The notes: a model not told the origin generated them from the letters alone. Shown: positions 26,394 through 41,174, counted from the first letter of the stretch. The stretch: 64,000 nucleotides of DNA from Octopus bimaculoides (GCF_001194135.2 NC_068985.1:60981355-61045354); one strand, 5' to 3'. Translations and numbers: made by a program.

Positions 26394-27399
26394 TAGTTGT
26401 GTCGTTAAGAAGTTGGGTTTACGATTATATTGTTCTGCACTTTGGGGAAGTGTCTTCTAACCCTGGGTCATCCAAAGCCTTGAAAGTGAAACTAGGTAAA
26501 CAGGGCAAGTGTGCAGAATTCCATACACACATATATACGAACACATACATACAGGGTGTGTATGTATAATATATATATATATGAATGTATTTATGTATAT
26601 GAATTGTTGGCAGTTCCAGTAACATCTCTCTTCTCTGCCTATTTTTGTCCTTACAAGTTTGATAAAATATCTACAAAATAAGGGAGTCAATATTAGCAAC
26701 AAATAACATTGAATGGAGTGCTCTAGCATGGCTACAACCCAATAATTGAACGTGTGTGTGTATATATAACCAATGAATTAGTGTACACACACAAACACAC
26801 ACATGCATGCACAGACACATGTGCTTCACTAGTGCTGATACTATGATAAAACACACTTGTAAAGTGGTTGGTGTCAAGAAAGACATGTCAAAATAACAAG
26901 TATGAGTGAGATGTAATTCCTGATCCATCTTGGAAACAAGAAACTCTATATAAGACCCAATTCAGACTGATTATCTAGTCAGCTTGTCGCTGTGCAGATA
27001 CGAGACAAAGCCATGATGATAATGATGACAATGATACATGTGTATGTGTGTGTGCGTGAGGGGGGGGGCATAGACATGGAATATGCTTACATTTCTTCAC
27101 AACTGTCTAGTTTCTTGTTTTATCCTACTATTAGAAATTCAGGTTGAAATTTGGTAAACAGAAACCATACAACAATCATCTTGAGAGGGGAGGAGAGAGA
27201 GTATGCATGTACACACACACAGAGCTAAGCTGTTCAATGTAAAAAGACCAGTACAATAAAATACCTCAGTTAAAAACAAGAGTTGGTACCAAGAAGGGCA
27301 TCCAGACTTAGAATAGGACCTCAAGATGCAAGGAAAAAGTAGGCATAAAAATAATGATTATATACACACCCAAGTAGGCAGAAATTCTTTAGTGTACCC

Positions 27400-28915
27400 A
27401 GTGTAAACTAAGGATGAGTAAGAGATGGAGTGATTCCTTAAGTACGTTAACAGAGAAGGTAAATTGTGCATATTGCAGGTGCATAGCAGCAGTGAATGCT
27501 ACAAGCACTTGCAGAATAACTTCCCTCAGGCAACACTCTAGAAGTAGTTGATAGCTTCTGTTACTTAGGGACCTATTTAGCTGTGGCAGGCAGTTTATAT
27601 CATTGCTTTCATTGATAACCAGTCAGCTCTGTAACACTCCTATCACTCGCCTCACTGCAACACAGACTTTCCATCAGAAATCCCTCTTATCACACATGCC
27701 TTTATCATTCATCTGTTTGTCACCCATTACTTTATCTTTCAAGCTTCTCACACCACTAATTTCTCATCTCCCAGTCATTCTCTCCTGAGTGCTAGTATAT
27801 AGAGGGAAAAGTTAAGCATACATGCTGATTCAGTCATATGATGCATATAAATGAGGACAGTTGCATAAAGACATGCTGATAACTTAAAGTGGGTGGAACT
27901 GGTGGAAGAGCGAGACCTATGATCTGGGACAAAGTATTGAGGGTCAATCTCAAAATACTGACAAAGGACTGAGATATTTGGTGCCTTACTTGAGAAATGG
28001 TGCTTGAGAAATCTCACCCACCACAACTGAATCAATATCCTGAAACCACCTTCGTAAATGCTTGTATGCCCAAAGCTCTACCCCATCCCCATTCCCACTG
28101 TCCTATTAAGCTCCCCCCACATCTCATCACTTCTTTATCTTTCATATCATTCATCTACCATTATCACTGGAGAGCAGAATGGACACAGACCATGCACCCA
28201 CCTTCATTACCTTCTCCTTTCCTCCCCCTCCTCAGAACCACTTCCATTCCTCATCTTTCTCCATCTATGCTCTCTCCACTCTGCTAAACTGCATTTTTAC
28301 ACTTCTTTTATCCCCTATCTCTCCCAATGCCCTCACATATCTAACATAACCCCCTCCTTGCAAGCCACTTCTATGTGTCTCACCTTCAATTTCTAGAGCC
28401 ACCTCTGTCCCATCTAACCATCTCTCATCAAATTCTCATGAAATTTTTCCCCTCTGTCTCCCTACCCAGTCCAATCCTCTGTATCTCCTCCCACCCACTG
28501 TACTTTGAGTGCATGTCTTAATATCACCATCTCTCCCACTCACTCCATCTTTCTCTCTAGATTTCCTTCTCCCTTGTTCTCCAATTGTATCTCTTTTACA
28601 GTGTGACACTTATCTCTATAGTCTTTCATTCTTTTAATTTCTCATCAACTGGCACAAAGCCACTTCCCTCAATACTACCCCTCCCCCAGTCAGAGCAAGG
28701 ACGTTGTCTTGCCTCGAAAGTTTTTTGGTGACACCCCCAGTACATTCTGTGAAGTGGCTGACATTAGGAAGGGTATCCAGCTATAGAAACTATGGCAAAA
28801 CAGACAATAGAACTTGGCATAGCTCTCCAGCTTGCCAGCTCATCAAACCATCCAACAGAATGGACAGAATGGAAAACAGGTGTTTGATGATGATGATGAT
28901 GATGATAATGATGGA
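27400..28915 (+). mobile_element. Old RTE LINE 3' part with a CT-rich 3' UTR and (GAT)n tail
   Basis: Degenerate LEVVDSFCYLG (~27535-27570) and HMMHINEDSCIK...GGRARP..WDKV (~27830-27940), then a pyrimidine-rich stretch and the shared TTAGGAAGGGTATCCAGCT tail motif. Confidence 0.65.
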
Positions 28916-31506
28916 AGAGCAAAGTAATTTTGATAATTAGTAAGAACAGAACGGGGTGTGGATGTACTTGACTTCATTAATTATTCATCTTTACCCCTGA
29001 ATGTATTAGACTTACTTGCTGTTAAGAATCAGAGATCTATTACAAAGATCAATCAGTTTTACAAATGTACAGGCAGTTAAGGTACTCTTCATTCCTATCA
29101 TTAAACAGTCAAACCATAGGAATTTTGTGCATCACCTTTGACCCTTGTAGGTTTGTTCTATCACATTAACTGTTTGAGGTTCAATATTCCTAATGAGATA
29201 CAGTCTATATTTCAATTAATTCTTGAAAACAATCATGAATTTGATGGACTTAGTAAAATAATTAACTTTTTTATTAAGTGGATATTTCAAACACAAAAAA
29301 AGGTTCTTACATAAAGATTATGATGGCTGGGTCAAATTTAAACAGGGACACTCTAAAAATTAGAGGCAGTCTAAAGAGTTAATCCTTGATATTTTAGGAT
29401 CATCACTTAAAACAAAAGCAACATTTTGATGATGATTGAAAACACAAAAATCTCATGGAACTATTTTTAGTATTGTTGTTGTTTAGCACCAGGTAAATCC
29501 TTACTGAGCAAACCTATGATAAGCCATAACAGCCATGGGCATACTGTCTCTATATGGTAGTGTAAGACTATATCATGTAATCATCCTTCCTTTCTTTAAG
29601 AGGGGATTTTGAGTAGTATTTCTAACATGTAGTGACTATCTTGATTCATCATTTTCTGTAGTAGAAATTAAGAATCCACAGAGGCAATATTTGATTCTGT
29701 AGGGTTTACAGAGGCAGCACTGATATCAGTTTCTGTAGCATTAAGCATGAAAAAATAACAATCTCCCCAAAGATAGCTTACAAATTTTTCTTTTTTCTCT
29801 GGAATCGCAGTAACTAATTTCTCTAAAGTCCTGGTTTCTATTCTGTAATTTCTCTACTCTCTAGGATATGTAGAATTAAATGTCTTGCTTTATGTAAGAT
29901 ATGAACTCATGATCTATGAGGTGCCTCTATAGAAACCCAGAAATAACTAACAATAAAGTACAAATAATTAAGGCAGTGAATATAATTAAAATAATTAGAA
30001 CATTTTTGCATATCAATGAAATACTGAAATCTATTCTTTAATAAGAAATAACTGGTTTGAAAAAAAGTAATGGATCTTTTCTAATTAATTCTTATTAAAT
30101 AACTTAAAAGTAAATTTATTTGAAAGTAAATGATTCCCTCCAAAACTGATAGTAAATAATAATAAAAACCAATATCATAAAAGATAAAAGGTAATAATAT
30201 ATTTTAGTAACAAAAATAAATGAGAACTGAGAACACATCAAGTGTTTAAAACACAAACAGTAAACATTATATAAAATCACATGTAATCAACATTGACATG
30301 TGGACATGAAAAAGTTCCAAGGTGATAGGAAAAAGTAAACAACGAGAGATAAGTAATGTGTTAAGCAGTGTGGCAGAACAGTACAAAAGTGGTATAATAA
30401 GGAAAGAGTACTCACTAACGTCAGCCCCCATTCTGTAAATGTAAAGACAACAGGTGCAATGGTCGAAAAAAGGCTCGACAACTTTCTCAGCTTTTACATT
30501 TGAACAGGCAGAAAGGAAACACGATAAGAATAAATAGTATAACAAAGTTCACAATTAATGTTCTATAGTCTTTCGTATGTCCACACGGAATGTTATCCAG
30601 GATGTATACAAGATTCGAAAAGGTGATAACATCGGCAGACATGTCAAGAGAAAGTTGTCTGGTGGAAGAAGCCCAGGCAGGAGCATAATAAGATGCTAAC
30701 AGACTGACTTGCAAGGATGGTGGGAGGATATAGTAGCAGTGATATAGTTGGTGAAAGAGAGGAGTAGCTGCAATAAAGTTCTGTTGGATTTCTCAGCAAC
30801 ATTTGCCAAGCTTAAATAAGCACTGGTTGCTAGAGTACTGTAAGTATAGCAGCCCTCACAGACAGTGATTACACCTGAGTAAGGAGAAAAAACAGCACGT
30901 TGGCACCACCAGGTTTTAGCTAACAGTAATTAAGAGTGTGTTAGTGATGATGTAGGGCTTAGCAGTCTTAACTGGTATACTTTTAACAGATGGAAAGGGG
31001 AGCGGTATTACATAGTACCAGAAATAACTTGTGCCATTTCTTTTCACAGTTGATAATGATCAGTTGTTGAAAAAGAATATAAATAAAAGATATTGCAAAA
31101 AAACGAAATTCTGACTTGATAGCATGTGAAGTCTGTTATTGGTTAATCGGACCATATTGTATTTCATAATATTTCATGTAGCAAGGATTGCCAATGATAA
31201 GCTACATGCAAAACTGTAACACAGATAAACTTATTTCATAACAAAATTTCAAATTTCATTAATGAAATACTTTTAGGATATCAGTAAAATACAAAATACT
31301 GACATATGCATACATACCATATGGGTATGTATGTATATGTGTGTGTATGTGTGTGTGTGTATATACACACATCATATATAACACACACACACATACATAT
31401 ATATTTTTATACATACTATATATACATACTTTTTATATAGTATATACACACATACACGTACACAGATATAAATACTTACTATATATATATATATATATAT
31501 ATATAT

Positions 31507-31794
31507 NNNNNNNNNNNNNNNNNNNNNNNNNNNNNNNNNNNNNNNNNNNNNNNNNNNNNNNNNNNNNNNNNNNNNNNNNNNNNNNNNNNNNNNNNNNNNN
31601 NNNNNNNNNNNNNNNNNNNNNNNNNNNNNNNNNNNNNNNNNNNNNNNNNNNNNNNNNNNNNNNNNNNNNNNNNNNNNNNNNNNNNNNNNNNNNNNNNNNN
31701 NNNNNNNNNNNNNNNNNNNNNNNNNNNNNNNNNNNNNNNNNNNNNNNNNNNNNNNNNNNNNNNNNNNNNNNNNNNNNNNNNNNNNNNNNNNNNN
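31507..31794. other. Assembly gap (288 N) within a (TA)n microsatellite
   Basis: Run of N. Confidence 1.
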
Positions 31795-31845
<51 letters not shown>

Positions 31846-31879
31846 GTATGTATGTATGTATGTATATAATGTGTGTATA

Positions 31880-33300
31880 TATTATCATCCTCATCAGTTA
31901 ATGCCCGTCTTCCATACTGGCACTGTTCAAAAGAATCTGTCAAGCCCCAATGTCTGCTTTGGCATAACTTTCCACAGCTGGATGCCCTTCCTAATGCCAA
32001 CCACTTTACATGGTGTACTCCATGCTTTCTTCTTTGTTTGTTTTGTTTTTAATACCAACACTAAAGAACTTACAAGACAAGCTTGCTAGACTGAGTGGGA
32101 CTACAGTAGGGATAATGGGGGTGGCTTTAGACCAGATATTGAGAGACTAAAGTATCATAGAAGAATAGGATTAGGTGTTTTGTAGTAGAGGAGATCCATG
32201 GCTACTCAAGCAGGAAAATGAGAAAAAGATGGTAGCCATTAGGTGCCAGACATACTCTCAGGAAAGAGGAGAATATAAGAGTGAATTGGACAGAGGATTG
32301 AGGATGGATGGATGGGTAAGTTTGTGAAAGTGTGACAGGAGAGTGGCAGGTGATGGGGTTAGAGGAAAATGGAGAACAGTGGTGGAGGTGTGGTCGATGA
32401 TGAATATCAGTTTGGGGCAGGCAGAAAACAAAGAAAATAGAAGTGTGTCAGCAAGAAGGGAGTGATGAGCAGCAGTGCAAAAAAGGGGGTCAAGAGCAGA
32501 ATAGGACTTCTAGTTAGATGAGAAGTGTGGAGAGAGAGAGAGAGGGGGAGATAAAGAGACAGAGAGAGGAGATGTACAGTAACATAGACAGAGGTAAGAG
32601 CTATGTTGAGGTGGAAATAGGGAGTGACAAAGATGGAAGACATGAGAGAATATTCAGTGAGAAATAAAGTGGTAAGGATGATACTGAGAATACAGGATAG
32701 GTGACAAAACAAAGTGGTCCCAAGGATATAATTACAGTGGTTGAATAAATGGTGGATGGGGTAAATATACACAATACTTTGAGATGGATAGTCCTCTAGA
32801 ACACAGCAAATCACCAATCATCTCAATCTTTTATCATTATGAGGCTCAACGTCCTGAGGTCAGTCATAACTACTTCACCCTAAATCCTCCTGGGTCTCCC
32901 TCTTCCACAAGTTCCATCCACATTTACCGATTAGCACTCTTTTATGCAACCCTCCTCATTAGTGCAATCTTCTCTCAAGCACAGCGTCCAATTTTTCTCT
33001 CAACACATTTACACTTTGTTATACATGTACACTGATGATGCACATCCCACAAAGCATGTTAGCTTCATTTCTTTCTAGTCTTCATATACCCATTACATTT
33101 AAGGCCCATATTTCACCAACATGTAGCATTGCTATTCATATACAAGCATCACACAACCTGCCTTTTACTCTGAGAGAGAGGCTTTTTGTTATCAACAGAG
33201 ATTTAAGTTCTCTAAACATTCTCCAACCAGTTCTTATTTTAGCACACTCCCCTGCACACTAAATTCCTTGCTGAGTTCATTGTGGATTCTTGCTTGCTGA
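31880..33300 (-). mobile_element. Old RTE LINE 3' part (tail, purine-rich strand of the CT-rich UTR, ORF2 C-terminus)
   Basis: (CAT)n plus CTGGATGCCCTTCCTAATGCCAACC tail. 33150-33280 is the reverse complement of the CTCTCTCTCAGAGTGAAAGGCAG region of the 9.5-kb RTE. Confidence 0.7.
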
Positions 33301-33748
33301 CTGTCTCTTCATACATAGCTTATTTATCCCTAGTTTCCTTAACTACCACTAAATCACAGTGCAAAGGGCTCAGTTAAAGACTTTCTCCAGACGGACAAAT
33401 GCTAGGTATAGCAGCTTATTCCCAGCTATGCATCTGGAGAATGTTCATAGAACTATGGTTTCTTGATAACAAAAAGCTTCTCTCTCAGAGTGAAAGGTAG
33501 ATTGTGTGATGCTTGTATATGAACAACAATGCTACATGGTAGTGAAACATGAATCATGAATGTAAAGTGTATATGAAGACTAGAAATAAATTAAACTAAT
33601 ATACTTGCAGTTGTTTCACAAGGAATATGGTGTCACTTATACCTCTTCCTGAGAGAAAGCCAGAGTACACCTTATCTAGACTAATTCTGTCTCTAATCAG
33701 TTTTGCAATAACCCTTTCAATAACTTACAACCTAGTGAAACTGTTTGA

Positions 33749-33785
<37 letters not shown>

Positions 33786-34469
33786 CACACACACACTTCT
33801 CAACATCCCTTATAGCAGTTTACAATGATATTTCAGCACTGGTCATAGGTATGACACCTTCCTGTATTATCTAATTTACTATTCAAGAGACTAATTTGTA
33901 CTATATATCACCAGTTATTTTAAGCAGTTGTCCCTGATGGCTCATCTGCTTTCCCGATTTATTCTTTCTACAATGCCACTGTCAGCTTGGATGGTTGGGT
34001 CTACATGAGGTTAGTACTATGTACCAGCCTGTCTCTCATTCTCCAATATATTCTCCACATTCATCAGCCTCACATAGGCACTTCCATGCCTCTTTCTTAT
34101 CAATGGCAATGAGAGTAAGTGTGCTGTTTTCATTCCATATATACTTCTCAACATCTCAATTTTCTCTATTAAACTACCTAGCAATGCAGGACACGCACAC
34201 CTCACATTGCAAAACCTGTACAAACTTAGTTTTTCCCTCTCCTCTCACCACATGTATCTGATGTTTGGCTTCTTTTCCAGCAATTTGGTATTTTTCTCTG
34301 CCTCCTCTTCTTTTCTACTCTTGTATCTTTATCATTATAGATCTAGCTTCAGTGTTATTCCACCATTACATCAACATGTGTTTGGCTAGGATGTTGCACC
34401 AACCATAAGTTTTATATGTAACCTCCAACAGACTGTCCTGTAAAAACTGCCAGCTTTGCTCTATGTTAT

Positions 34470-37400
34470 TGTTATAATGTGGTTCTTCATCCACTTGTAT
34501 GCTGTTGTCGACACTGTAATATTCTTGTCACCACTATTATGCTGTGGCAGCATTCCACATCTTATTATCTTTGCTATTGCTGATAGCTCCACATGCCCAC
34601 GACTTTAAAACGTCTACCTTGACGGTAAGTCGAACTCATATATATCACGTAACTGACAGACACCAACTGAGAATATTACAATGAATCTACTACTACTGAC
34701 CCCCAACAACGACTGACTGTCTGACTTTATACCACTTTGTCACATGGGAAGGAGTGTACCATTTTCACTACAACATCACTCCTTTTAGTTTTTTTTTTTT
34801 TCTCTTTGAGAAGCAATTAATTTAATTTTACTTTATTCACCCCTCCTCCCTTTTTAGCATTTTTTTTCAACTTAATACTTTTTCTTTTTGGCATCTATTT
34901 GTAGGAACTCTGTGTTCTTCCTTCTTCCACTTGTATGCGTGGGTTCAACCACCTGTAACAGTGTTCGTACCTGGAATGTGTTATACAGCCATTCCATAGG
35001 TTCTTCCACTCTGGTTCATTTTCTATGAATCTCTTCTTCAATTGATTTCTGTATCGTTTTTCAATACCTTTTCTGTGTTTAATTCCGTACATCATTTTTC
35101 CTGTGTACTTTAACATTTTCCCTTCTTCCCAGTATTGTTTTCTGTTTTTATATAACTTCATGTACACCTTATCACCAATTCTGAAAAATTTTGGATTGTC
35201 TTTCCTAATACTTTTTCTTTCCTTGCCAGGTAACAGTTTATCAAAAACTGATTTCACCTTCATGCGAACATCAGTTCAGCTGGTGAACTTCCTGCTGGTG
35301 TATTGGGGTTTGGCGTCACCCTGTTTACCTTTAGGAACTGTTGCAGAGTGATTTCGTCTGTGGCTTCCTTGTTACCTTTTCTCAAAACTCTTTTGAAAGT
35401 GTCCATTTGATCTGGGATGGTAAGGTGCTATCGTTTATGTTCTACCGTGAACATTTCGCAGAATTTTCTAAATTCACTGGACACAAATTGTGTTCCATTA
35501 TCAGAAACAATCACTTCTGGGAGGCCAAATCTTGCAAATAATTCGTGTAAAAAATTTATTACCGTTGTGGAGGTTGGCCTTTTGCACTTAATAATTTCCG
35601 ACCATTTTGTAAAACTGCCACTATGTAGTAATAATCATTTAATGGACCCGCAAAATCAATGTCTGGTCTTGTCCATGGACTTCTTCCTTCTGGCCAAGGC
35701 TCCCATTTATGAGTAGGCAATTTCACTGCCAGAGCACATCCTCTGCAGCCTTTTACTACATTTTCAACTTCCTTGTCCATCTTCAGCCAATACACATAAC
35801 TGTGCATAAGCACTTTCATCCTTGCAATCCTTGGATGTCTAATATGGAATTCTTTCAACATTCTTTCTCGTAGAATCTCAGGTATCACTACCCTTTGGCC
35901 ATACGTCAGTATGCAGTTGAATATATATTTACCTCTTGTCGCTTTTCTTACTGAGCCTTTTTTTTTGTTTTCTTTTGCTGATCACAGAATTTTTTGTTTT
36001 TTTGTTTCATTGATGAACTTGTCTTTTGACGTGTGTTGCTTTATCTCCTTCAGAGTTATTGGTAACTCTCAAACAATGTTCCACATTATGTGTTTAAATT
36101 CCCCTTTGACTCTTAGGGCTGCTATGACTGTGTCCTTGAATGGTTTGCCATTTCTGGGTATTAACCTGGATAGGCCATCAGCATGTCCTAGCTTCTCTGA
36201 AGGTAAATATTCTATTGCATAGTTGTAGTTTAGTAGTGTGGTGCCCCATTGCTGAAACCTAATTGCTGTATGTACTGGAAAGCTTTCTTGGATCCATAAA
36301 TCATTAGCAACAGGTGATGGTCTATTTGTAGTCTAAACTGTCTCCCATGTATAAGCCTGTGGAACTTTTTTTATGCCAAATATAATCGCCAGTGCCTCTC
36401 TTTCAATTTGGCTATAGATTCTTTCTGCTGGCAATAGCGACCTTGACACATGAACTATGGCCTTTTGGCTGCCATCTTCACACTTATGTAGGAATATGAC
36501 ACCTACCCCGTACTCACCAGCATTTGTTGCCAATATTGTTTTGAACTTCGGATCAAAGTGTGTAAGCAACAAGTCTGATGTTAATGCTTTTTAGTTCTTC
36601 AAATGCCTTCTGGCATTTTTCTGACCAAAACTATTTTGCATCCTTTTTTAACAGCCCATTTAGTGGAGCATTTGTGTTGTGTATGTTCAGGATATATATA
36701 CTTGATAGTAGGTCAGCAAGCCTAAAAAAGCTTGTAACAATTTAATGTTCATTGGGAGAGGCATATTCTGTATTGCCATCACCCTTGATGGGTCTGGCCT
36801 TCATCCTCTTTCATTAATTACTTGACCCAAATAATTGAGTTTTTCATCAAAAAATCACACTTTCCCTCTGTTAGTCTAAACCTGTATTCATTTACTTTTC
36901 CGAATACTTTTTTGATATGTTTGAAGTGTTGCTCCACTGACTGGCTCTTTATCAAAATATTGAGATACATGATAGCAAAGTCGCAATCATTTAACATTGC
37001 ATCCATCACTTGTTGGAGTATGACAGGTGCCACTTTTACTCCAAAAGGAAGCCATTTGAATTTATACAATCCATAGTGTGTGTTGATTGTTAAAAGGAGT
37101 GCACAATCTTCCTCTACCTGTATCTGTAGATAAGCTTCCAAGAGGTCTAACTTCAAGAAAATTTTTTCTTCATTTAGTTTTGAGAACACTTCTGGGTTTG
37201 ATAACGGAGAGTTGTGTTTGAATAAACAGTCATTTAATCCAGTTGAAAAGTCTGCACACACTCTTAGTTTATTTATTTTTTTTCTTTACATAAACCATCA
37301 GAGCTGCCCAGTCTGAATGGTTGACTTTTTCAATTATAGCTAGACATTTTTTGTCTTTCTAGCTCTTTATTGACTGATCCAATGCCACAAACAGCATATT

Positions 37401-39257
37401 CCGGTGTTGCCTTTTCTTTTACCGTGATCCTTGCTTTTGTTTTAGTGCAACAGCCTAATCCTTCCCCCAAAAAACATTTGGGAACAATTTAAAATTTTTT
37501 TTTGTCTCAGTTGTTCAACTTCATTTGAACTTTTAACCATGCTGACTACATTTTCACAAAGAACACTAATGGGAGCATCCCACATTTTAAATAACTCCAT
37601 GCATTTTATACCAAATAGGTTTAGTGATTTTTTTTCAACACAAATGATTGTCTTTTCATTTTACCTTGAAAAGTTATATTGCAAATACATTCACTGATGA
37701 AATGGAATTTCTTTCCTGTAACACTATATGCTACTTTATTTGATTTAACTAATTTCGGTTTACCGATTTGTCGCCAAGTTCCTTCATTTATGATAGTGAT
37801 GTCACTACCTGTATCTAATTGCATTTTGACACTAGTGGTTTCGATTCTCACCTTCATGAATTTTTCTGTTCTTGTACAAACTTTTTTCTCTGATGACAAT
37901 CTTTCTTTTTTCTCATTTGGTCCAGTTTTCCATCATCTTAGTTGTGCAGAGTGATTTAATGTGTCCTGTGTTCCCACAATGAAAACACTTTGCATTTTTG
38001 AATGGACACTCATTTCTCAGGTGCCTACCACCAGATGCCATACATGGGTTTATCTCTTGATGTGTATCGTGTTTTTTTGTGAAACACTTTATCTGTCTTC
38101 CAACTCTTCCACACTGGTTTTATCTGTAAACTATCTCTGCGTTGGATTTCTTCTGTGTTGTGCCATATTTTTAACATCACATCGCACTCTTCTGACAGTT
38201 TCTGGAGAGTTATATCCTGGTTCATTTCCAGCTCTGCAAGAATTTTCATTCTGATTTCTGTGTCCTTTTTAGCAGTATGTCCCTGAGCAAAAATCAGGCA
38301 GTTAAACAAGTCTGGAGTTAGTTAAATCTCTCACACTCTCAGTTCACTCTACTTGCATATGTTGTAAAATCTTCGTCGTGGCTTTTCTGCATGTTTAAAC
38401 ACTTCCAATGTGTGATGAATAACAAAGTTTTTTCACTGAACATCTTACATAAAATGTCAACTGTGTCCATGAAATTTATGTCAGAAACTTTTTTTAGGCA
38501 ATATAAAGTTACAGTATTTCTCATGCTCTATCGTCGCTGGTTTCCTCAGGATTAGATGCATTTTCATTTCATCCATCCAGTTGTGGCATTCTTTTTCGAA
38601 AATTTGTTCAAATCTTCACTAATATGCCTCAAAAGTGATTCTTTCTTCCAGGTCATATTTAAATTCATTTACTGAATTTGCTACATGGTCTGATGAAAAC
38701 ATATTTTCTGGTTTTGTTACCAACTTCATTAGTTGTAGCATTTGTTGCTGTAACATTTATTGTTGTTCTTTGAGTTGTTGCTGTTTTTGCAACTCAACTA
38801 AACCCTTTAACAAGTTTTCCATAATGTTAGGGATTTTTCATAAAATACACACAACAAAAATGATTGTTACTCCTCTGTTGAGTTTTTAATTTCTCCACAT
38901 GAAAAATTTTTCGACATTGTCCACATGAATTGTTTATATTCTTGTTACCACCGTTATAATGTGGATCCTCATCCACTTGTATATTGTTATCAGCACTGTA
39001 ATATTCTTGTTGTCACTATTATATTGTGGTGGTATTCTGCATCTTATTATCTTTGACTTGTCTACCTTGCTATTGCTTGTCTACCTTGGTGGTAACTCTA
39101 ACTCATATATACCACGTAACTGACATTGACTCCAACTGAGAACTCGTACAACAACTCTACTACTACTGACCCACTACAACGACTGACTGTCTGACTTTAT
39201 AGGGGCTCTCATACCACTTTGTAACATGGGAAGGAGTGTACCATTTTTACTACAACA
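34470..39257 (-). mobile_element. Complete Ty3/Gypsy LTR retrotransposon (Mag-like), pseudogenised
   Basis: Two 306-bp LTRs (34470-34775 and 38952-39257) and a 5-bp TSD GTTAT on both sides. A decayed PBS (TGGTAACAAG) follows the 5' LTR and a purine-rich tract (AAAAGGAGTGA) precedes the 3' LTR. Domain order is gag (FNCLIFAQG), PR (LDTGSD), RT (FKWLPFGVKVAP), RH (ATNAGEYGVG, YSQIEREAL), INT (HPRIARMK, PWTRPDIDFAGP). Confidence 0.95.
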
Positions 39258-40819
39258 GTTATATACCTCCATCCCCTCCTTCCTACTATCATAAGTGTCA
39301 GTTGATATCTCTCTGAGTGGTCAACTTGTTGCCGGTCTTCTTGGTCTGCCTCCTCTAAATCGTTTTTTAATCTCAGAGTCAAAGTAACGCTAATTTTGAA
39401 GACACTAATCATCAGTTGATGTTAGGAGGTAGATTGTTCACCTGGTAATAGTTTCCCATAACCAGACATGCTTTCACAGAAGACACCACTTGTATAACAA
39501 TGACCGTTCATTTACAACTATCATATAATGTCAAGAAGGAGACACACCAAACACTTGCACACATACACACATGATGGGCTTCTTTATAGTTTCTATTTAC
39601 TAAATCCATTAACAAGGCCTTGGTCAACCAAGGATTACAGAAGACACTGGCCCAAAGTATTGTACAGTAGGACTGAATCTGAAACCATGTGGTTGTTTGG
39701 TATGTGAACTTCTTTATCATCCAATCATACTTGTACCTATAAATATTTAGTAATATATACATGCACACACACATGTAGTAAGTGAAGATGTGGCTGTGTG
39801 CTTAAAAAGTTTGCTTCTTTCCCAAATGGTTCCAGATCAGTCCCACTGCAGGTATCTTGAACAAATGTCTCCTACAACAGTCCTTTACCAACCAAATCTT
39901 AGTGAATGAATTTAGTAGATAAAAACTGAAAGAAGTCCATCATATATCTGCTTTCCATTTGACCCACGCCAGCATGGAAAAAGTGGACGTTAACTCATGA
40001 TGGAGATGATGTACAAGTATGTATGAATAAAAAACTGGTTTGCATATATACATCCATTATTGTTCTTACTCACACAAATACTTAGAGACAGACAGAAACA
40101 GTGGTGTTATACAAGCGGTTATCAAGATCTATATATAGAGACTATTAACAGCCATGTACGTGTGTCAATATCTATACTAAATACTTTATTCATTGGTTCT
40201 TAGCCAATATCAGAAATATAATATCTTACTAAAGAAAAAAAGGATGTTTATTTTTATTCTAATCTCACTTCTTTATTCTTTTTTCTTTATGTCTTTTTTT
40301 TTATACATACCCTAAGTCAGCAGCATAACAGATTTTTTTTAAAAAAAAAACCCTTTTTGCAGAATTTCCTTAAATAAGAACAGATGAATTCCCAGAAGTC
40401 TGTAATGGAATGGATAGATGAAAAGCTGCTTTTGTATACAATTCTTTACTTTGTTATGTAATGTTTTAACATATGCTGATGGTATAAAGATTAAGAAAAA
40501 CAAAATTCATTCATTCAAAGAATAAAAAAACAAAAAACTCTACAAAGATAATTTTTAAAGGAATTATTTATAGATTTGTATTGTTATAAACAGAAACAAA
40601 ACAATTTTGAAATATTTCTTAATAAGCAAGGGGGTTGGGATGGAATACCAGCAACAATCTCCATTGTTTCAAAAGCTAGTAGTAAAATTACTTACTAACT
40701 TTATACATTATTTGACTATCAATTTATAAATTATTTTGTTGATTTTGAATTGTTTCTCACTTCTGTTAGGTCTTTTTCCCGTTAACAATTCCATTTAAAT
40801 CTAAGTTTCTTTTTTTTTT

Positions 40820-41174
40820 TCTCTTTTACTTGTTTCAGTCATTTGACTGTGGTCATGCTGGAGCACCGCCTTTTAGTCGAGCAAATCGACCCCAGGACTT
40901 ATTCTTTGGAAGCCTGGTACTTATTCTATCGGTCTCTTTTGCCAAACCGCTAAGTTACAGGGACGTAAACACACCATCATCGGTTGTCAAGCGATGTTGG
41001 GGGACAAACACAGACACACAAACATATACACACATACATATATATACATATATACGTATCCATCTATCAAATCCACTCACAAGGTTTTAGTCGGCCTGAG
41101 GCTATAGTAGAAGACACTTGCCCAAGGTGTCACGCAGTGGGAATGGACCTGGAACCATGTGGTTGGTAAGCAAG
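40820..41174 (-). mobile_element. SINE family B, young (CpG-retaining) copy
   Basis: Full family B structure with many intact CpGs. Other partial copies lie at about 39560-39925, 41595-41755, 43440-43800 and 60400-60600. Confidence 0.85.

Noticed and set aside
30416-30431. N-myristoylation motif MGADVS
   Set aside because: The Ser arises only by reading through the donor. Splicing to the 15158 exon (which starts GG) gives Arg at position 6, so the MGxxxS consensus is not met.
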